Source of the DNA: Octopus sinensis
Taxonomy: Eukaryota
Reading direction: 5' to 3'
Assembly (NCBI RefSeq): GCF_006345805.1
Contig: NW_021833604.1
Location: forward strand, 1-57,655
DNA: 57,655 nucleotides
The translations under genes and the position numbers were made by a program. Position 1 is the stretch's first letter. The number at the start of each line of letters is the position of its first letter. The notes under the pieces were generated by a model. That model was not told the origin of the DNA. It did no database searches and worked only from the letters and a program-made list of their open reading frames with translations. Shown one piece after another: positions 14,271-28,074 of the stretch.

Positions 14271-14395
14271 TAGTTTTATTTTTATAGCGTGCTTTCACTT
14301 CACTACCGAGCGCAGCTCTGTGTGCCTTGGGTATGTGCTGTGATTTGTTGTGACACTCTGATGGTTATTGTATGGAAAGTGTTCTGCGTAGGATG

Positions 14396-14447
<52 letters not shown>

Positions 14448-14715
14448 TTATTATTATTATTATTATTATTAAGGTGGCGAGCTGGCAGAAACGTTAGCAC
14501 GCCGAGCGAAATGCTTAGTGGTATTTCAACCGCGCTAATTTCTGAGTTCAAATTCAGCCGAAGTCGACTTTGCCTATCATCCTTTCGGGGTCGATAAATT
14601 AAATACCAGTGAAACACTGGGGTCGATGTAATCGACTTCACCCCTACCCCAAAATTTCAGGCCTCGTGCCTATAGTAGAAAGGTTTATCATCATCATTAT
14701 TATAATTATTATTAT

Positions 14716-14758
<43 letters not shown>

Positions 14759-14762
14759 GGTG

Positions 14763-14797
<35 letters not shown>

Positions 14798-15095
14798 GTG
14801 GTAGTGGTGGTGGTGGTGGTGTGGTGGTTGTGGTGGTGGTGTGGGGTTTAGTAGTAGTAGTTGTAGTAGCAGTAGTAGTTGTAGTGTTATCAGCGAGCTG
14901 GCTTTTGCGGTGAGCTGACAGAATCGTTAGCACTTCGCTACGTTCTGAGTTCAAATTCTGCCGAGGTCGATTTTGCCGTTCATCCTTTCGGGGTCGATAA
15001 ATTAAGTACTAGTGAGACACTGGGGGTCGATGTAATCTATACATCCCTTCCTCGAAAATGTCTGCCCTTGTGGCAAAATTCAAAACTATTATTTA
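13990..15095 (+). mobile_element. Three SINE family C copies (13990-14165, 14472-14690, 14892-15095) with (ATT)n tails
   Basis: GGCGAGCTGGCAGAAACGTTAGCAC head, GAGTTCAAATTC box B-like motif, GGGGTCGATAAATTAAGTACCAG body, GCCTTGTGCCT..AGTAGAAAGG end. Confidence 0.85.
14267..14398 (-). mobile_element. 132-bp 5'-truncated 3' end of the R4/Dong-like LINE
   Basis: 4 mismatches versus 55922-56053; last codons HILRRTLSIQ* plus 3' UTR; (TAA)n on both sides. Confidence 0.92.
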
Positions 15096-15099
15096 TTAG

Positions 15100-15990
15100 C
15101 AGAGGTCAGGTTTGATGGCAACAAGTTTTCTCTATTCTCAAGAAGGTTGGGATTCTTGCAAAACACAGTTTGGCATTTTCCTGCCGGTCGGATATGCGGG
15201 TCTCGTATCAAAATACCCTTCACTCTTTTAGGTAGTAGTTTGGGTGTTGTATCAAGTATACCAATTACCACACAAATATTTGTTATTTTTGTCTTCTACA
15301 AATTCATCAACTCCTTGGCTAACTATTATTCACTACCACAGCCCTGCTTCTTGTTCATACCGCTTTACTGTCATTTTGAATTTACACACTCGACTAGCAT
15401 CTCAATGCTCTCTTTTACTAGCACATCATCCCTGCACTTATACCCTTTTGTGCTAGCTTACAGCATTCACTTAAGGGCTGGTTCATACTTTCTTCTCTTT
15501 TTCCACAGATTTTGCGTTTGCTCTGTGACTGAGTTTTATCAATTTTTTCTCAGATTCATTGTAACGGCTTATTCCTAAGTAGTTATAATTAGCGACTGAG
15601 TTTCTAGTTTCAGGTTTTCCTCCGTCAGCTATAACCAGCGTTCTTTACTTCCAGCATCTTCGATTTGTTGCATGAATTGGCCATGTAATTCCTTCTCTTC
15701 TTAGCTATTTCTTCCGTCACTCTTCTTCCTGGTAATAGCCATTGAACAGCTAGCTATCTTGAGCATTTGTTCTTCTAGCAATCGGAAAACATGACTAACA
15801 AGTCTCACTCTTCTTTCCGGTGGAGTCTCCGGCAAGCCACGCAGAATGGCATTTCTAAGGTCTTCGGAGTCTTACGTTTCTCTCCTTATTTGTGATTTTC
15901 AGTATGGTGCGATGCATTCAAACTCTAAGTGAACATGGCAGTCAGTTCCCAAGTTTGCCTCTGTAGAATGCAATCTGTAGGACATTGCTC
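15100..15990 (-). mobile_element. Decayed R4/Dong-like LINE fragment (CCHC/RLE region)
   Basis: Interrupted translation ELHGQFMQQIED...KICGKREESMNQPLSECCKLAQKGYK...VVIGILDTTPK; many stops and frameshifts. Confidence 0.75.
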
Positions 15991-16009
15991 TGATGCCACA
16001 GGTTCTTCA

Positions 16010-16732
16010 TGTAGTTGCTTTTCGAAGTAAAGGCCCTGATCTTGTTCCTTCGAACATGGCTCCAAACAATTCAATTTTCGACTCGTCTGTCCATAGAATA
16101 TTTTCCCAGAATGCATCAGATTTATCTTTATGTTCATAAACAAATTTTAAACGGGCATCTCTATGCCTTTTAGTCAACAGCGGAGTTTTTCTAGGAGGGC
16201 GTGATTTCAGTTCATTGCTGATTGTTCGTAGTGTAACACTAGTCCCTAAAGGTAACAAATCTTCTTGCAACTCCTTTCTGGTGATCATTGCGTTTTTTTC
16301 CGATTCTTCGCTTCATTTTTCTTAAAGATCTAGGGGAAATCTTGCATGGTGCACCGGATTTTATTCTGTTTTCAACAGTTCCCGATATTTTTATATCTTT
16401 GAATAAATGAAGATATGGTAGAAAATGGAATACAAAGGGTCTCTGATATTTTCCTGTAACTTTTACCTGCTTTCCACTGTTCAATAATTAAGTTTTTAAT
16501 TGAATTTGTGAGTTCTTTATTTTCGCCATTATTACGATACTATTTTATGTTGTATCAATGCTGAATGAAGAAGCTAGTGTTTTGATACTTAAAAATGACA
16601 ACTGATAAGATTATTGGAACAAACGAGAAAGCTCTAGTAAAAAAAAGTATTTTAACAGTATTTTGTGGCATAGAAAATCATAAATTTATTCTGTACGAAT
16701 ACTTTTCACCCCTAAATATTTATAATTGTATA
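16010..16732 (-). mobile_element. Tc1-family DNA transposon 5' fragment (pseudogenised transposase)
   Basis: ATG at 16530: MAKIKELTNSIKNLIIEQWKAGKSYRKIS...RKTPLLTKRHRDARLKF..EHKDKSDAFWENILWTDESKIELFG. First catalytic D (WTDE) is present; truncated afterwards; TIR-like GGGGTGAAAAGTATTCGTACAG near 16690-16712. Confidence 0.88.
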
Positions 16733-16754
16733 TAAATTTATTAGTTACTATAAT

Positions 16755-16858
16755 GCGTGGCACCACGGGCAAGTGTCTTCTATTATAGCATCGGGCTGAC
16801 CAAAGCCTTGTGAATAGATTTGGTAGACGGAAACTGAAACAAGCCGGTCGTATATATG

Positions 16859-16917
<59 letters not shown>

Positions 16918-17421
16918 TGTGGTGTGGTGTGGGTGTGTTTGTCCCCTTGACAACCGATGCTGGTGTGTTTACGTTACCGTAACTTAGCGGTTCGGCAAAA
17001 AGAGACCGATAGAATAAGTACTAGGCTTACAAAGAATAAGTCACGGGGTCGATTTGCTCGACTAAAGGCGCTACTCCAGCATGGCCGCAGTCAAATGACT
17101 GAAACAAGTAAAAGAGCATATATTTATGCATGCATGCATGTATGTATGTATGTATATATTCTTTCATTCATTTATTCTTTCTATTGTTTCAGTTATTTGA
17201 CTGCGCCGATGCTGGAGCACCGTCTTTAGTCGAACAAATCGACAAAAGGACTTACATTTTAACTCTATTACTTAATCTATCGGACACTTTTTGCCGAACC
17301 GCTACACACCAAACACTGGTTCTCAAGCGGTGATAGTGGGACAAACACAGACACAAGGATCAAAGATACACACATAGATATATAAATATATAAATATATA
17401 TGTATGTAGTATGTATGTATG

Positions 17422-17466
<45 letters not shown>

Positions 17467-17496
17467 ATATATATCTATATATGTGTGTGTGTGGTG

Positions 17497-17532
<36 letters not shown>

Positions 17533-17690
17533 ACGGGCTTTTTCAGTTTCAGTCTAGCAAATCCACTCACAAGGCTTTGGTCGAACCGAGGCTATAGCAG
17601 AAACAATTAGCCAAGGTACCACGCAGTAAGATTGAACCCGGAACCAGGTGGTTTGGGAAGGAAGCTTCTTAGAACACAGCCACGCCTTCA
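16755..17690. mobile_element. Two SINE family A copies, tail to tail (16755-17115 plus; 17175-17690 minus)
   Basis: Colinear with other family A copies. Confidence 0.85.
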
Positions 17691-17698
17691 TCTATCTA

Positions 17699-17735
<37 letters not shown>

Positions 17736-17987
17736 ATATATATATATCTTATATATATATATATATATATAAGCAGCTAATATGCCAAATATGTGGTCAA
17801 TTTAGCTAAATTATTGAGCTGGAGGTGTCGATCAGAAAATGTGTTTGCGATATAGTCTGGATTCATGCCAAATTCTAATGTTGGCAGAACCGATGGAGCC
17901 AGGCAGTTTACACAGTATTAACCTAACGGCTGCATTATTTACATGGGGTAACAATGATTCATCGGTATCATTATTATTATTATTACC

Positions 17988-18049
<62 letters not shown>

Positions 18050-18371
18050 GGAAGCAATAACGTTGGGCAGATACACAAAAGAAAGCGCATATAGAACATG
18101 AACACACATATGCAGATACATATTTGAAAATAGGAATTAACAAATATGCTACCCAAACATGTCTATATGTAATCATAAACAATATGCAAGAATATATATA
18201 TATGTGTGTGTGGGTGTGTGGTGTGTATGTATATATATTATTATATATATATATATATATATTAATATGTATATATTTATATTATATATATACATGTATA
18301 TACATATATATATATATATATTATGATGTGTGTATATATTATATATATATATAATATATATATATTATATA

Positions 18372-18412
<41 letters not shown>

Positions 18413-18963
18413 ATATACATATATGCATACATATATATGTTCATATATGCATATACATGTATATACATACACACATATATATACATATATATTATATGCA
18501 TACATATATATGTATATATATATGATAAACACACGCACGCACACACATGTATGTATATATATATATTGAGAGAGAGGGGGAAAGAGAGAGAGTTGTGAGA
18601 TTAATTATAGTATTCATTAGAATCGAGGCGTATCAATGCGTAGGACGCTAGAAATGGCTAGTACCTCAGCATTCGCGTTAGTCTTCATGTCTGCATTGAA
18701 AATTTTCGCTTCATTGGGAATATCCTTGCAACAGGAAGACAAAAAAACGTTTGCCTTGGTGGCAAAAATCTAAAACCAAGAAGCAGGGTAAGAAATTCTA
18801 ATAAAAATCTTCTACGAGAGCGTGAAATTTCCAGTAAAAACTTGAATCCGGATGAAAAGTTATCACTGTGATTCTTGTCATTAAATTGCTGACTCTTAAA
18901 CGCAGTAGACATGTTTCGTAATTGTTCGATCGGTAATTTTCTTAGCTTTGCTGTGCGCTAGTA

Positions 18964-19018
<55 letters not shown>

Positions 19019-19611
19019 CGTATGTGTGTGTGTATGTGTGTGGGTGAATGTGCATGTGTGTGTATGAGAATACGCACGTATGCGTATGTAAATGCTTGTG
19101 TTTGAATTCGCATGTGTGTGTGTCTATGTGTCTGTGTATCAGTCTGTGTGTGTGTGCGAATGCGCTGCATGTGTGAATGCGCATGCGTATGTGTTTGAAT
19201 GCGCATGTAAGTGTGTGTGAATGCGCATGTGTGTGTTTGTGAGTGTGTATCTGTGTATTTGTCTGTGTGTATGTGTGTGTGTGCATGTGTGTGTTTGTGT
19301 GAAACTACTTGTATCAAAGAAAAAGGAACGCAAAAATTTCCAACGAGAGGTTGTTTAGTACTTCGAGATGGCTGTAGAGAAAATCGCTGTATTTTTGAGA
19401 TTCTTAACTAAATAATTGAACCTTAAAATACAGCTGATTGGCTTCCATACGAATGCGAATCTGCCCCAAGCATAGCTGAACTGGTAACAAGTCTGAGTTT
19501 AGATAGATAGATTAGATAGAGAGAGAGGGGGGGAGGGGGGAGCGGGGCAACATAGACAAACAAATGGACAAACTGACAGACTGATATATATACTATATAT
19601 ATATATATATC

Positions 19612-19644
<33 letters not shown>

Positions 19645-19648
19645 TATA

Positions 19649-19706
<58 letters not shown>

Positions 19707-19710
<4 letters not shown>

Positions 19711-19865
19711 AGGGAGAGTTTACGAAAGAAACAAAAGACGAAGACGGGTGTTGTACAAAACAAACAGATGTATTAATACAACGCTCGGAATAGAAAATCT
19801 TTTTACGTTTCGAGCCTACGCTCTTCTACGGAAAGGGACACAGAAAAAACAAGGAGAGAAAAAAG
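19707..19865 (-). mobile_element. Short interspersed repeat carrying a hammerhead-like motif (Penelope-like-derived, putative), copy 1
   Basis: ~150 bp shared with 50810-50960 and partly with 24705-24850; minus motif CTTT-CCGTAGA-A-GAGC-GTAG-GCTC-GAA-ACGT-A-AAA. Confidence 0.6.
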
Positions 19866-19881
19866 ATATATAAATAATATA

Positions 19882-19938
<57 letters not shown>

Positions 19939-20362
19939 ATACATATATATATATAGAGAGAGAGAGGGGGGACTAGATAGACAAACAAATGAACAGACAG
20001 ATGGAGGGACGGACGAACAGACAGACAGACAGACGGTCAGATGGAGAGACGTCCAGACGGACGGACGGACAGACGGACAGACGGACAGAGAGACAGATAG
20101 GCATGCTGAGAGAGGAGAGAAATAGAGCAAGAAGGAAAAAATATTTTTATGTGCTCGAAGACAAAGAGAAGATTAAAATGAGTTAATAGAAAAGAGAACA
20201 GTTTAGTATTTCTAATCTCTACATACCGACTTATTGAACATCATAGATATAATCATATTCATAGAAATAACACGCTTCACACACAAATATATCATTTAAA
20301 ATAAATTCACGTTATCACAGATGGTTTCGTGTCGGCGTGCGTGCGCCTGTCTGTGTATACAT

Positions 20363-20369
<7 letters not shown>

Positions 20370-20443
<74 letters not shown>

Positions 20444-20516
20444 AGGGAGAGAGAGAGAAAGATGGATGGAGGGATGGATGGATGGTTGGTTGAATGGATG
20501 AATGAATAGTTGTATG

Positions 20517-20567
<51 letters not shown>

Positions 20568-20569
20568 GG

Positions 20570-20605
<36 letters not shown>

Positions 20606-20624
20606 ATGGATGGATGGATGGATG

Positions 20625-20688
<64 letters not shown>

Positions 20689-21147
20689 CAAGTGTGTGTA
20701 TGTGTTTAAATTTCTCTGTGTTTTGTGAGCACGCGTGTGCTCCACTAACTGTTGATAAGAACTAGTCATAAACATCCAGAAGCGTATACACACAATTTTT
20801 TTCAACGATATAGACTTAGATAACCAATACACACACATACATACATCTATACATGCATATATATATATATGCATGTACGCTGAATCAATGTACGATAAAG
20901 TCACGTGGCAGTGTACACATTTCATATATGCGAGCGTGTAAATGTGTGTACGTATACGTATATACGTATGATTATTTGTATATGCAATTATATATATATG
21001 TATATTTGTTCATGTATGTATGCATGTATGGATATATGTATATATATAGATATATATATAATATATATATATATATAAATTATATATATATATAGATCTA
21101 TATAAATATATATATATATATATAATATTCATATTATATCGATATAG

Positions 21148-21182
<35 letters not shown>

Positions 21183-21255
21183 TAGATACATATATTAATA
21201 TCTATATATATGTGTATTATATATATATACATATAATATATATATATCATATACA

Positions 21256-21309
<54 letters not shown>

Positions 21310-21350
21310 ATATATATATATATTATATATATATATATATATATATGCTG
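20370..21350. repeat. (GATA)n/(GGAT)n and (AT)n microsatellites
   Basis: Direct inspection. Confidence 0.93.
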
Positions 21351-21741
21351 ACGTTTGTACGCGCTCTTGTTTTGTGTGGTGTATTGTTTTGATATGTATT
21401 CTAGTGTTTTTTTATAATTTATTATTTATTTTTTCCAATCGAAAGGAAATTATTTATTTTATCAGAGAAATATATCACGTATTGAATTGTTTTTACAGTA
21501 TAAATAAACAATATATTCCAGAAAAGATAACTGCATATATATGTGAATCGTTATGAGTACTTGTGCTGTTTGTATATATGCTTGTCAGGTGCGTAGCAAA
21601 GAACTCCGGGATCGATACACAGTTGCGGTAAGCTAATCAGTATTTGTTAAATAAGATGTGTAAAAGAGAGCATGTGATTAAATCTACATCCTTACAAAAA
21701 TACACACACACATACGCACACCAATATAGATACATATATAT

Positions 21742-21772
<31 letters not shown>

Positions 21773-21797
21773 ATGTGTGTGTGTGTGTGTAGCTGCC

Positions 21798-21876
21798 TTC
21801 TCTGACGAGCACAATGTTACATAATCGAACTGTTACCTAAAATTCCGTTGAACGGCTAGTGCGAAACTGATCGGAA
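21798..21876 (+). ncRNA. Hammerhead-ribozyme-like motif with extended stem II (possibly inactive)
   Basis: TTCT-CTGACGA-GCAC...GTGC-GAAA-CTGATC-GGAA; stem III has a C.A mismatch. Confidence 0.4.
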
Positions 21877-21899
21877 AAACCGGCCGTAACAGATATATC

Positions 21900-21972
21900 A
21901 TATGTTACCGGTCCCTGGTACCTTGGGAAAAAACTGCCCGTACACCACATCAAATAGTTTGAGAAGCACTGC
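21900..21972 (-). mobile_element. Possible hAT-type MITE end
   Basis: CAGTGCTTCTCAAACT terminus resembles hAT/Charlie TIRs; partner TIR not found. Confidence 0.3.
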
Positions 21973-22469
21973 CTTAGAGGACAGAAATCAAGTACAGCCG
22001 GCTCCGAGTTTAACCGTTTAAAATCAAAACAGAAATTTGATATATAAGTTACGTACCTATGAGTTTAGAATTTAATGCTTCTGTATTTTCCTCTACTCAC
22101 ATGCAAGCCCCACGTTCTTATGCGCTTGTAAGTCGCCCCTGACACAGGAAGGATTGTTCCACAAGAGATATAAAGGCTCCTTTCTTGGCCCCATTGACTT
22201 TCTCTCCTTTCCTGGCCCCGTTGTTTTCCTTGTTGGCTCCCTCGTATCATAACCGTTCTTCTCTAATTTTAAGTTCAAACTGTAAAATTTTCAGCTTAAA
22301 ATCTCTTTCGTCAAGGAGCAGAAATACCAAAATGTGGAAAAGGATTAATAAAATAAATATTTAAAAAATATTGTAAGTGGATTTGGTAGACAGATACTGA
22401 AGGAGCTCGCCGTATGAGTCGTGTGGAGGGGAAGGGGCGTGTGTGTGCTTTTATATAAGGGTGTCCGAA

Positions 22470-22890
22470 GACGGCGTTCTGGCAGAAACGTTGGCACGAT
22501 GGGCGAAATGCTCAGCGATATTTCGTCTGTCTCTACGTGCTGAGTTCAAATTCCGCCGAGGTCGACTTTGCCTTTCATTCTTTCGGAGTCGATAAATTAA
22601 GTACCAGTTGCGTACTGGCGTCGATCTAATCGACTGGATCCCTCCCCCAAAATTTCGGGCCTTGTGCCTATAGTAGAAAAGTATACATGGGTGTTTGACC
22701 ACCGCTTGACCGCTAGTGTTGGTCTGTTTACTTGCCGTAGCTTAGCGGTTCGGCAAAAGACACTTTTTGATAAGCACCAGGTTTTAAAACATAATAACTA
22801 TAACAGTAATGAGTACTGGTGTCGAATCATTCAACCAAATAAGAAATTCTTCAGAGCAATGCCCTAACATGACCGCAGTCTAATCACTGT
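22470..22890 (+). mobile_element. SINE family C (22470-22680) followed by a family A-type 3' half
   Basis: CTGGCAGAAACGTTGGCACG...GAGTTCAAATTCCGCCGAGGTCGAC; then TTAGCGGTTCGGCAAAAG...CATGACCGCAGTCTAATCACTG. Confidence 0.8.
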
Positions 22891-23582
22891 AACAAACAAA
22901 ATAAAAAGCGGAATTCAGTAGATGTGGACCTCACTAGGTATCATACACAGAAGCTTTGTACGTAAACCTAATCAATTAATGCAATCAATTAACCCAATTA
23001 ACTTGAAAGCTAAAACCAACATGATTTTGATGTCGTCCTAAAACGATTTTACTTCAAATTTTATGGTTAATTTACCCAATTTTCACATTAACTTCATATA
23101 AACATGCAAATGAGCTTATGAAATTGTAATTTAAATGTGTAATTAGATTTTTATTTTATAAATTTTACAGATTTTATGAAATATTGCTTTATAAATTCTT
23201 ATAAATGTTATAGCTGTCTCTGTCATTACATTTAAAGATATACAGGAATTGCGATTTGTGAGTATCATTTAAGCACCAAATACATTACTAAGTATTCTGT
23301 GTGGTCTGGCACGGAAAGGGAGGAGAGAGAAGGTACCCGGGGCATGACACTATGCATTAGTGTACTTGGAGGCACTAGCCTTAATGGTGCCATTAATTAA
23401 ATATTTGGAGATTTGAGATGAAGTGAAAATAATACGATCATAATTTATCGGATTTTTAGCCTCGTCTTTAAAAATAAAATATTTCTAATATTTACATCCA
23501 CATTATATTCCGATCGATTTCATCTCTAATAGTCAGTATCTTGTCTGGGTAAATGGCCAACCATTACCTAATACAACTAAAC

Positions 23583-24186
<604 letters not shown>

Positions 24187-24704
24187 TAATAATAATAATA
24201 ACAATAACAATAATAATAACAATAACAATAATAATAACAACAATAATAATAATAACAATAACAATGGCAATAATAATAATAATAATAACAACAACAACAA
24301 TAACAATAACAATAATAATAATAACAACAATAATAATAATAACAATAACAATAACAATGACAATAATAATAATAACAACAACAACAACAATAACAATAAC
24401 AATAATAATAATAACAACAACAATAATAATAATAATAATAACAATGACAATAATAATAACAACAACAACAATAACAATAACAATAATAATAATAACAACA
24501 ATAATAATAATAATAATAATATAACAATGACAATAATAATAACAATAACAACAATAACAATAACAATAATAATAATAACAACAACAACAATAACATAACA
24601 ATAACAATAATAATAACAATAATAATAACAATAACAATAATAATAATAATAATAACAACAATAATAATAATAATATCAACAATAATAATAATAATAATAA
24701 TGTC

Positions 24705-24850
24705 TTTTAATCGACGTTCAGGAAAAATGGAAAAGTCGCTTACGTTTCGAACCTACGCTCTTCGACAGAAAGGAATAAGAGGAAATAATTAGGGAGAGAA
24801 TGAAAATAAAAAAAAGAAACGTTTTGAGTTCAGTGGTCAATTATGTTTCT
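24705..24850 (-). mobile_element. Hammerhead-like repeat, copy 2
   Basis: Minus CCTTT-CTGTCGA-A-GAGC-GTAG-GTTC-GAA-ACGT-A-AG at 24738-24773. Confidence 0.55.
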
Positions 24851-25460
24851 TTAGCTCCCACTATTTCCCACTTGTTTATCTCCCCTGTACCTTTCTCTTT
24901 GATTCTGATTTTTTTTTATAATCCTTCAATCCCGCTGCCATCTCTCCTCCTTCCGCGTGACCGGCGTCCGCCAGCCATGATCTTTCTTTCATGGCCTGAC
25001 TCCCGACCGTCAACACCTCTTGTGTCCATCTCCTATGTTCCTGCCTTTAGGCTTTCACTTCAAACACGCCAGCTCAATTTGATTCGTTCTCAGTCGAAAG
25101 ACACCTGTTGATATTTTCTTGTTTGTATTCGTAATTGTGTACCTTGTTCTCCAGTTTTCGTCTTTTTGTGTACCATGTTCTTCGTCTCTTGTCTTTGCTG
25201 CCGTACACATTCGCTAGCTCTCTTACAAAGGGGTCTAATGCTCTTAGCTTAGACTTTTGGGGGAGAAATCAGATCGAACCGTCTCAAGTGTAACTGCCCG
25301 AAACGCTAGTGACTTCTAGGACTTGGCTGAGGAAAGAAGACCACGAATGACCGGTCTTTTTTGCTTGCCCTTCTAATTGTTGTTTCTCTTGTCCGCCTTG
25401 TATCGTCTGTCTGTCCGAATATATTATTGTACTCTATTGCGTTTTAGTTCCATTTTTATA

Positions 25461-25539
<79 letters not shown>

Positions 25540-25639
25540 CGTGTGTATGTGTATACTTGGATATATAGTAATGTAGCATTCAACAGCAGAACAAAACAAC
25601 CCTTGGACAAAAGCTCAGAAGGTCAACCCAACTCTTGCA

Positions 25640-26005
25640 AGTGATGTGCAGTAAAAAATTTGCTTCACAACGACTGAGTTTCGGGTTCAGTTTCCCTGCG
25701 TGGCACTTTGGACAAGCATCCTCTCCTATAGCCTCGAGCCGACCAAAGCTTTGTGAGTGGATTTGGTAAAGGGAAACTGAAAGAAGCCCATATCCATGTG
25801 TATGTGTGTGTGCGTTTGAGTGTGTTTGTGTCTTTACGTCTGTCTTCCACTGCTGTTTGACAACCGGTGGTGATGTGTTTGTCCTTGTAACATAGCGGTT
25901 CGTCTAAAGAAACTGATAGAATAAGTACCAGGCTTTAAAAAAATTCGACTAAGATTCTTCAAGGCGGTGCTCCAGCATGGGCGCAGTCTAATGACTGAAT
26001 CATGG
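25640..26005 (+). mobile_element. Diverged SINE family A
   Basis: GGGTTCAGTTTCCCTGCGTGGCAC...AAGGCGGTGCTCCAGCATGGGCGCAGTCTAATGACTG. Confidence 0.75.
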
Positions 26006-26209
26006 AAGAGAAAAAAGATAACGAATAAGTATAATAATGAGTTTTTGCGCTTGTCCCCACCACCATATGATAATCGGTGTTGGTTTGATTGCGTCGCCGT
26101 GGCCTAGCCGTTTGACAAAAGCGATCGATGGAACATAAACCAGATTTTAAAACAATTACTAGAATCGATTTATTCAACTAAATCTTCCAATGTGGTGCCC
26201 CAGCGTGGC

Positions 26210-26935
26210 CGTAGCCCAATGACTGAAATAAAAGATAAATGATAATTTGGGCGTACAATTCCAGCAATTTTCAGAGAAGGGTTTCAGTCGGTAGTATCGA
26301 CTCCAGTATTAAACCGGTACTTTATTTCATCAACACCGGAGGAATAAATAATAAAGGTGACTTCAGCAGGACTTCAGCTCGAATAGTATAGAGCCTGAAG
26401 TAATATCGCAAAGCATTTTGTCCGAAGATTGCAGCATTTCTTGCAAATCCATAGCGGAATGCATTAAATTGCAGAGTAAAACTGTATCGTTGCAAAATTC
26501 TACTAAATCTTATTTCTTTACTGCTCAAAAGGGGCTACACTCATAGGGGACAAACAAGGACCGACAAACGGATTAAATCGATTACATCGACCCCAGTGCG
26601 TAACTGGTACTTAATTTATCGACCCCGAAAGGATGAAAGGCAAAGTCGACCTCGGCGGAATTTGAACTCAGAACGTAGCCGCAGATGAAATACCTATTTC
26701 TATTTCTTTACTACCCACAAGGGACTAAACACAGAGAGGACAAACAAGGACAGACAAACGGATTAAGTTGATTACATCGACCCCAGTGCGTAACTGGTAC
26801 TTATTTAATCGACCCCGAAAGGATGAAAGGCAATGTCGACCTCGGCGGAATTTGAACTCAGAACGTAACGGCAGACGAAATACGGCTACGCATTTCGTCC
26901 GGCGTGCTGACGTTTCTGCCAGCTCGCCGCCTTCT
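26210..26935 (-). mobile_element. SINE family C concatemer (head plus ~190-bp repeat units)
   Basis: Units repeat with a 190-bp period (GAAATAC at 26687 and 26877). Confidence 0.85.
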
Positions 26936-27169
26936 ACTAAATCTGTTGCTAATTCTTGTACATTCTGAAATATCTTACTTTTATTGCCGTAAAGATATTT
27001 GTTTCTTCTTTATGGCTGCTAAATGTTGCCTGTTTCCTACAACATTCTGCTATGCTGTACAGTCTGAATCAATACTAAAGCAGCGTAGTTGCACATTTCG
27101 CTATTTCCTTCAGCTTACCACGTTGATTCAGGTTTCAGTCATGTCTCTCTAACTGACGAAAGCTAGCCA

Positions 27170-27300
27170 CGGACTCAATATTGTACAAAGAGGTGTTCTT
27201 CGACTATCATTCACAAGTTTGGAGTCCGAATATTGCAAAACTGGCAGAGCAACACAAACCACAAGGCTCGCATTGTATGAAGCAACACTAAAGGAGGACA
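27170..27300 (+). mobile_element. Possible decayed CR1-type LINE scrap
   Basis: Translation FFDYHSQVWSPNIAKLAE resembles the CR1/jockey (L/I)EYCSQVWSP motif; short. Confidence 0.3.
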
Positions 27301-27611
27301 TTCTTTTCATAAATTTGTCCTTGTTTTTTTTACGACTTATTTTATTAGCGAGCATTCATGTTCCATAGAATTCAAATAGTTGTTAGAGCTTGTATTTCTT
27401 CAAAGGGGGACAGTGCTCCAAAGGCGGTGCTCCAGCATGGGAGCAGACCAGTGACTGAAACAAGAGAAAAAAGATACCGAATAAATATAATAATGAGTCT
27501 TTGCGCTTGTCCCCACTACCATATGATAGTCGGTGTTGGTTTGATTGCATCGCCGTGGCCTAGCCGTTTGACAAAAGCGATCGTTGGAACACAAATCAGA
27601 TTTAAAAACAA

Positions 27612-28006
27612 CTAGCAGTATCGCCCGGCGTTGCTTGGGTTCGTAAGGGAAATAACTATATAAGCATTTTTAGAGATGTAAAGTATAATAGCCATCTCAA
27701 TATGGCTAACCACAAAGGGGGGTGTTACTGTAGCTTTTTACGTTCTGAGATTTAATAATACATTTTTAGAGAGTTACTTCCCTTATATATGCCAAAAATG
27801 CATTACAAATGGGAAAAAATGATGGTAAATTTTGTTTTAAATCGTAGACTCATCGTAGATGCGCGCTAATACCCAGAAGGGCTCGATATGAATCACGACT
27901 ATAAGATACCTGCTTTTGGTTAAACTGCACCGCAAAATGTCGGAGTAGTTAGGAATCTAAATCATAGGAGACAGACACCACACAACCTCACTTTTATATA
28001 TATAGA
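27612..28006 (-). mobile_element. Non-autonomous Helitron, 395 bp
   Basis: Minus strand starts TC (TCTATATATATAAAAG) and ends CTAG after a subterminal hairpin CCCAAGCAACGCCGGG; inserted between A and T with no TSD; empty site ACAA|TTACTAG in the paralogous segment at ~26154-26164. Confidence 0.9.
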
Positions 28007-28074
28007 TTACTAGAATCGATTAATTCAACTAAATCTTCCAATGTGGTGCCCCAGCGTGGCCGTAGCCCGATGAC

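Noticed and set aside
18654-18773. 39-aa ORF MASTSAFALVFMSALKIFASLG... resembling a signal peptide
   Set aside because: Too short, with no processing motif or other support; hydrophobic small ORFs arise easily in AT-rich DNA.
22065-22278. Purine-rich minus-strand ORFs ending at CAT|GTGAGT
   Set aside because: No convincing acceptor and no recognisable peptide; may be a transposon remnant.
23212-23256. 44-bp AG/GTGAGT-bounded segment (VSVITFKDIQELRF)
   Set aside because: Phase is incompatible with the other candidate exons and there is no independent support.
25215-25320. GGGG...CCC-GAAAC-GCTAG-TGA hammerhead-like scaffold
   Set aside because: The CUGANGA core is absent (reads TTACAAA); at most a dead remnant.
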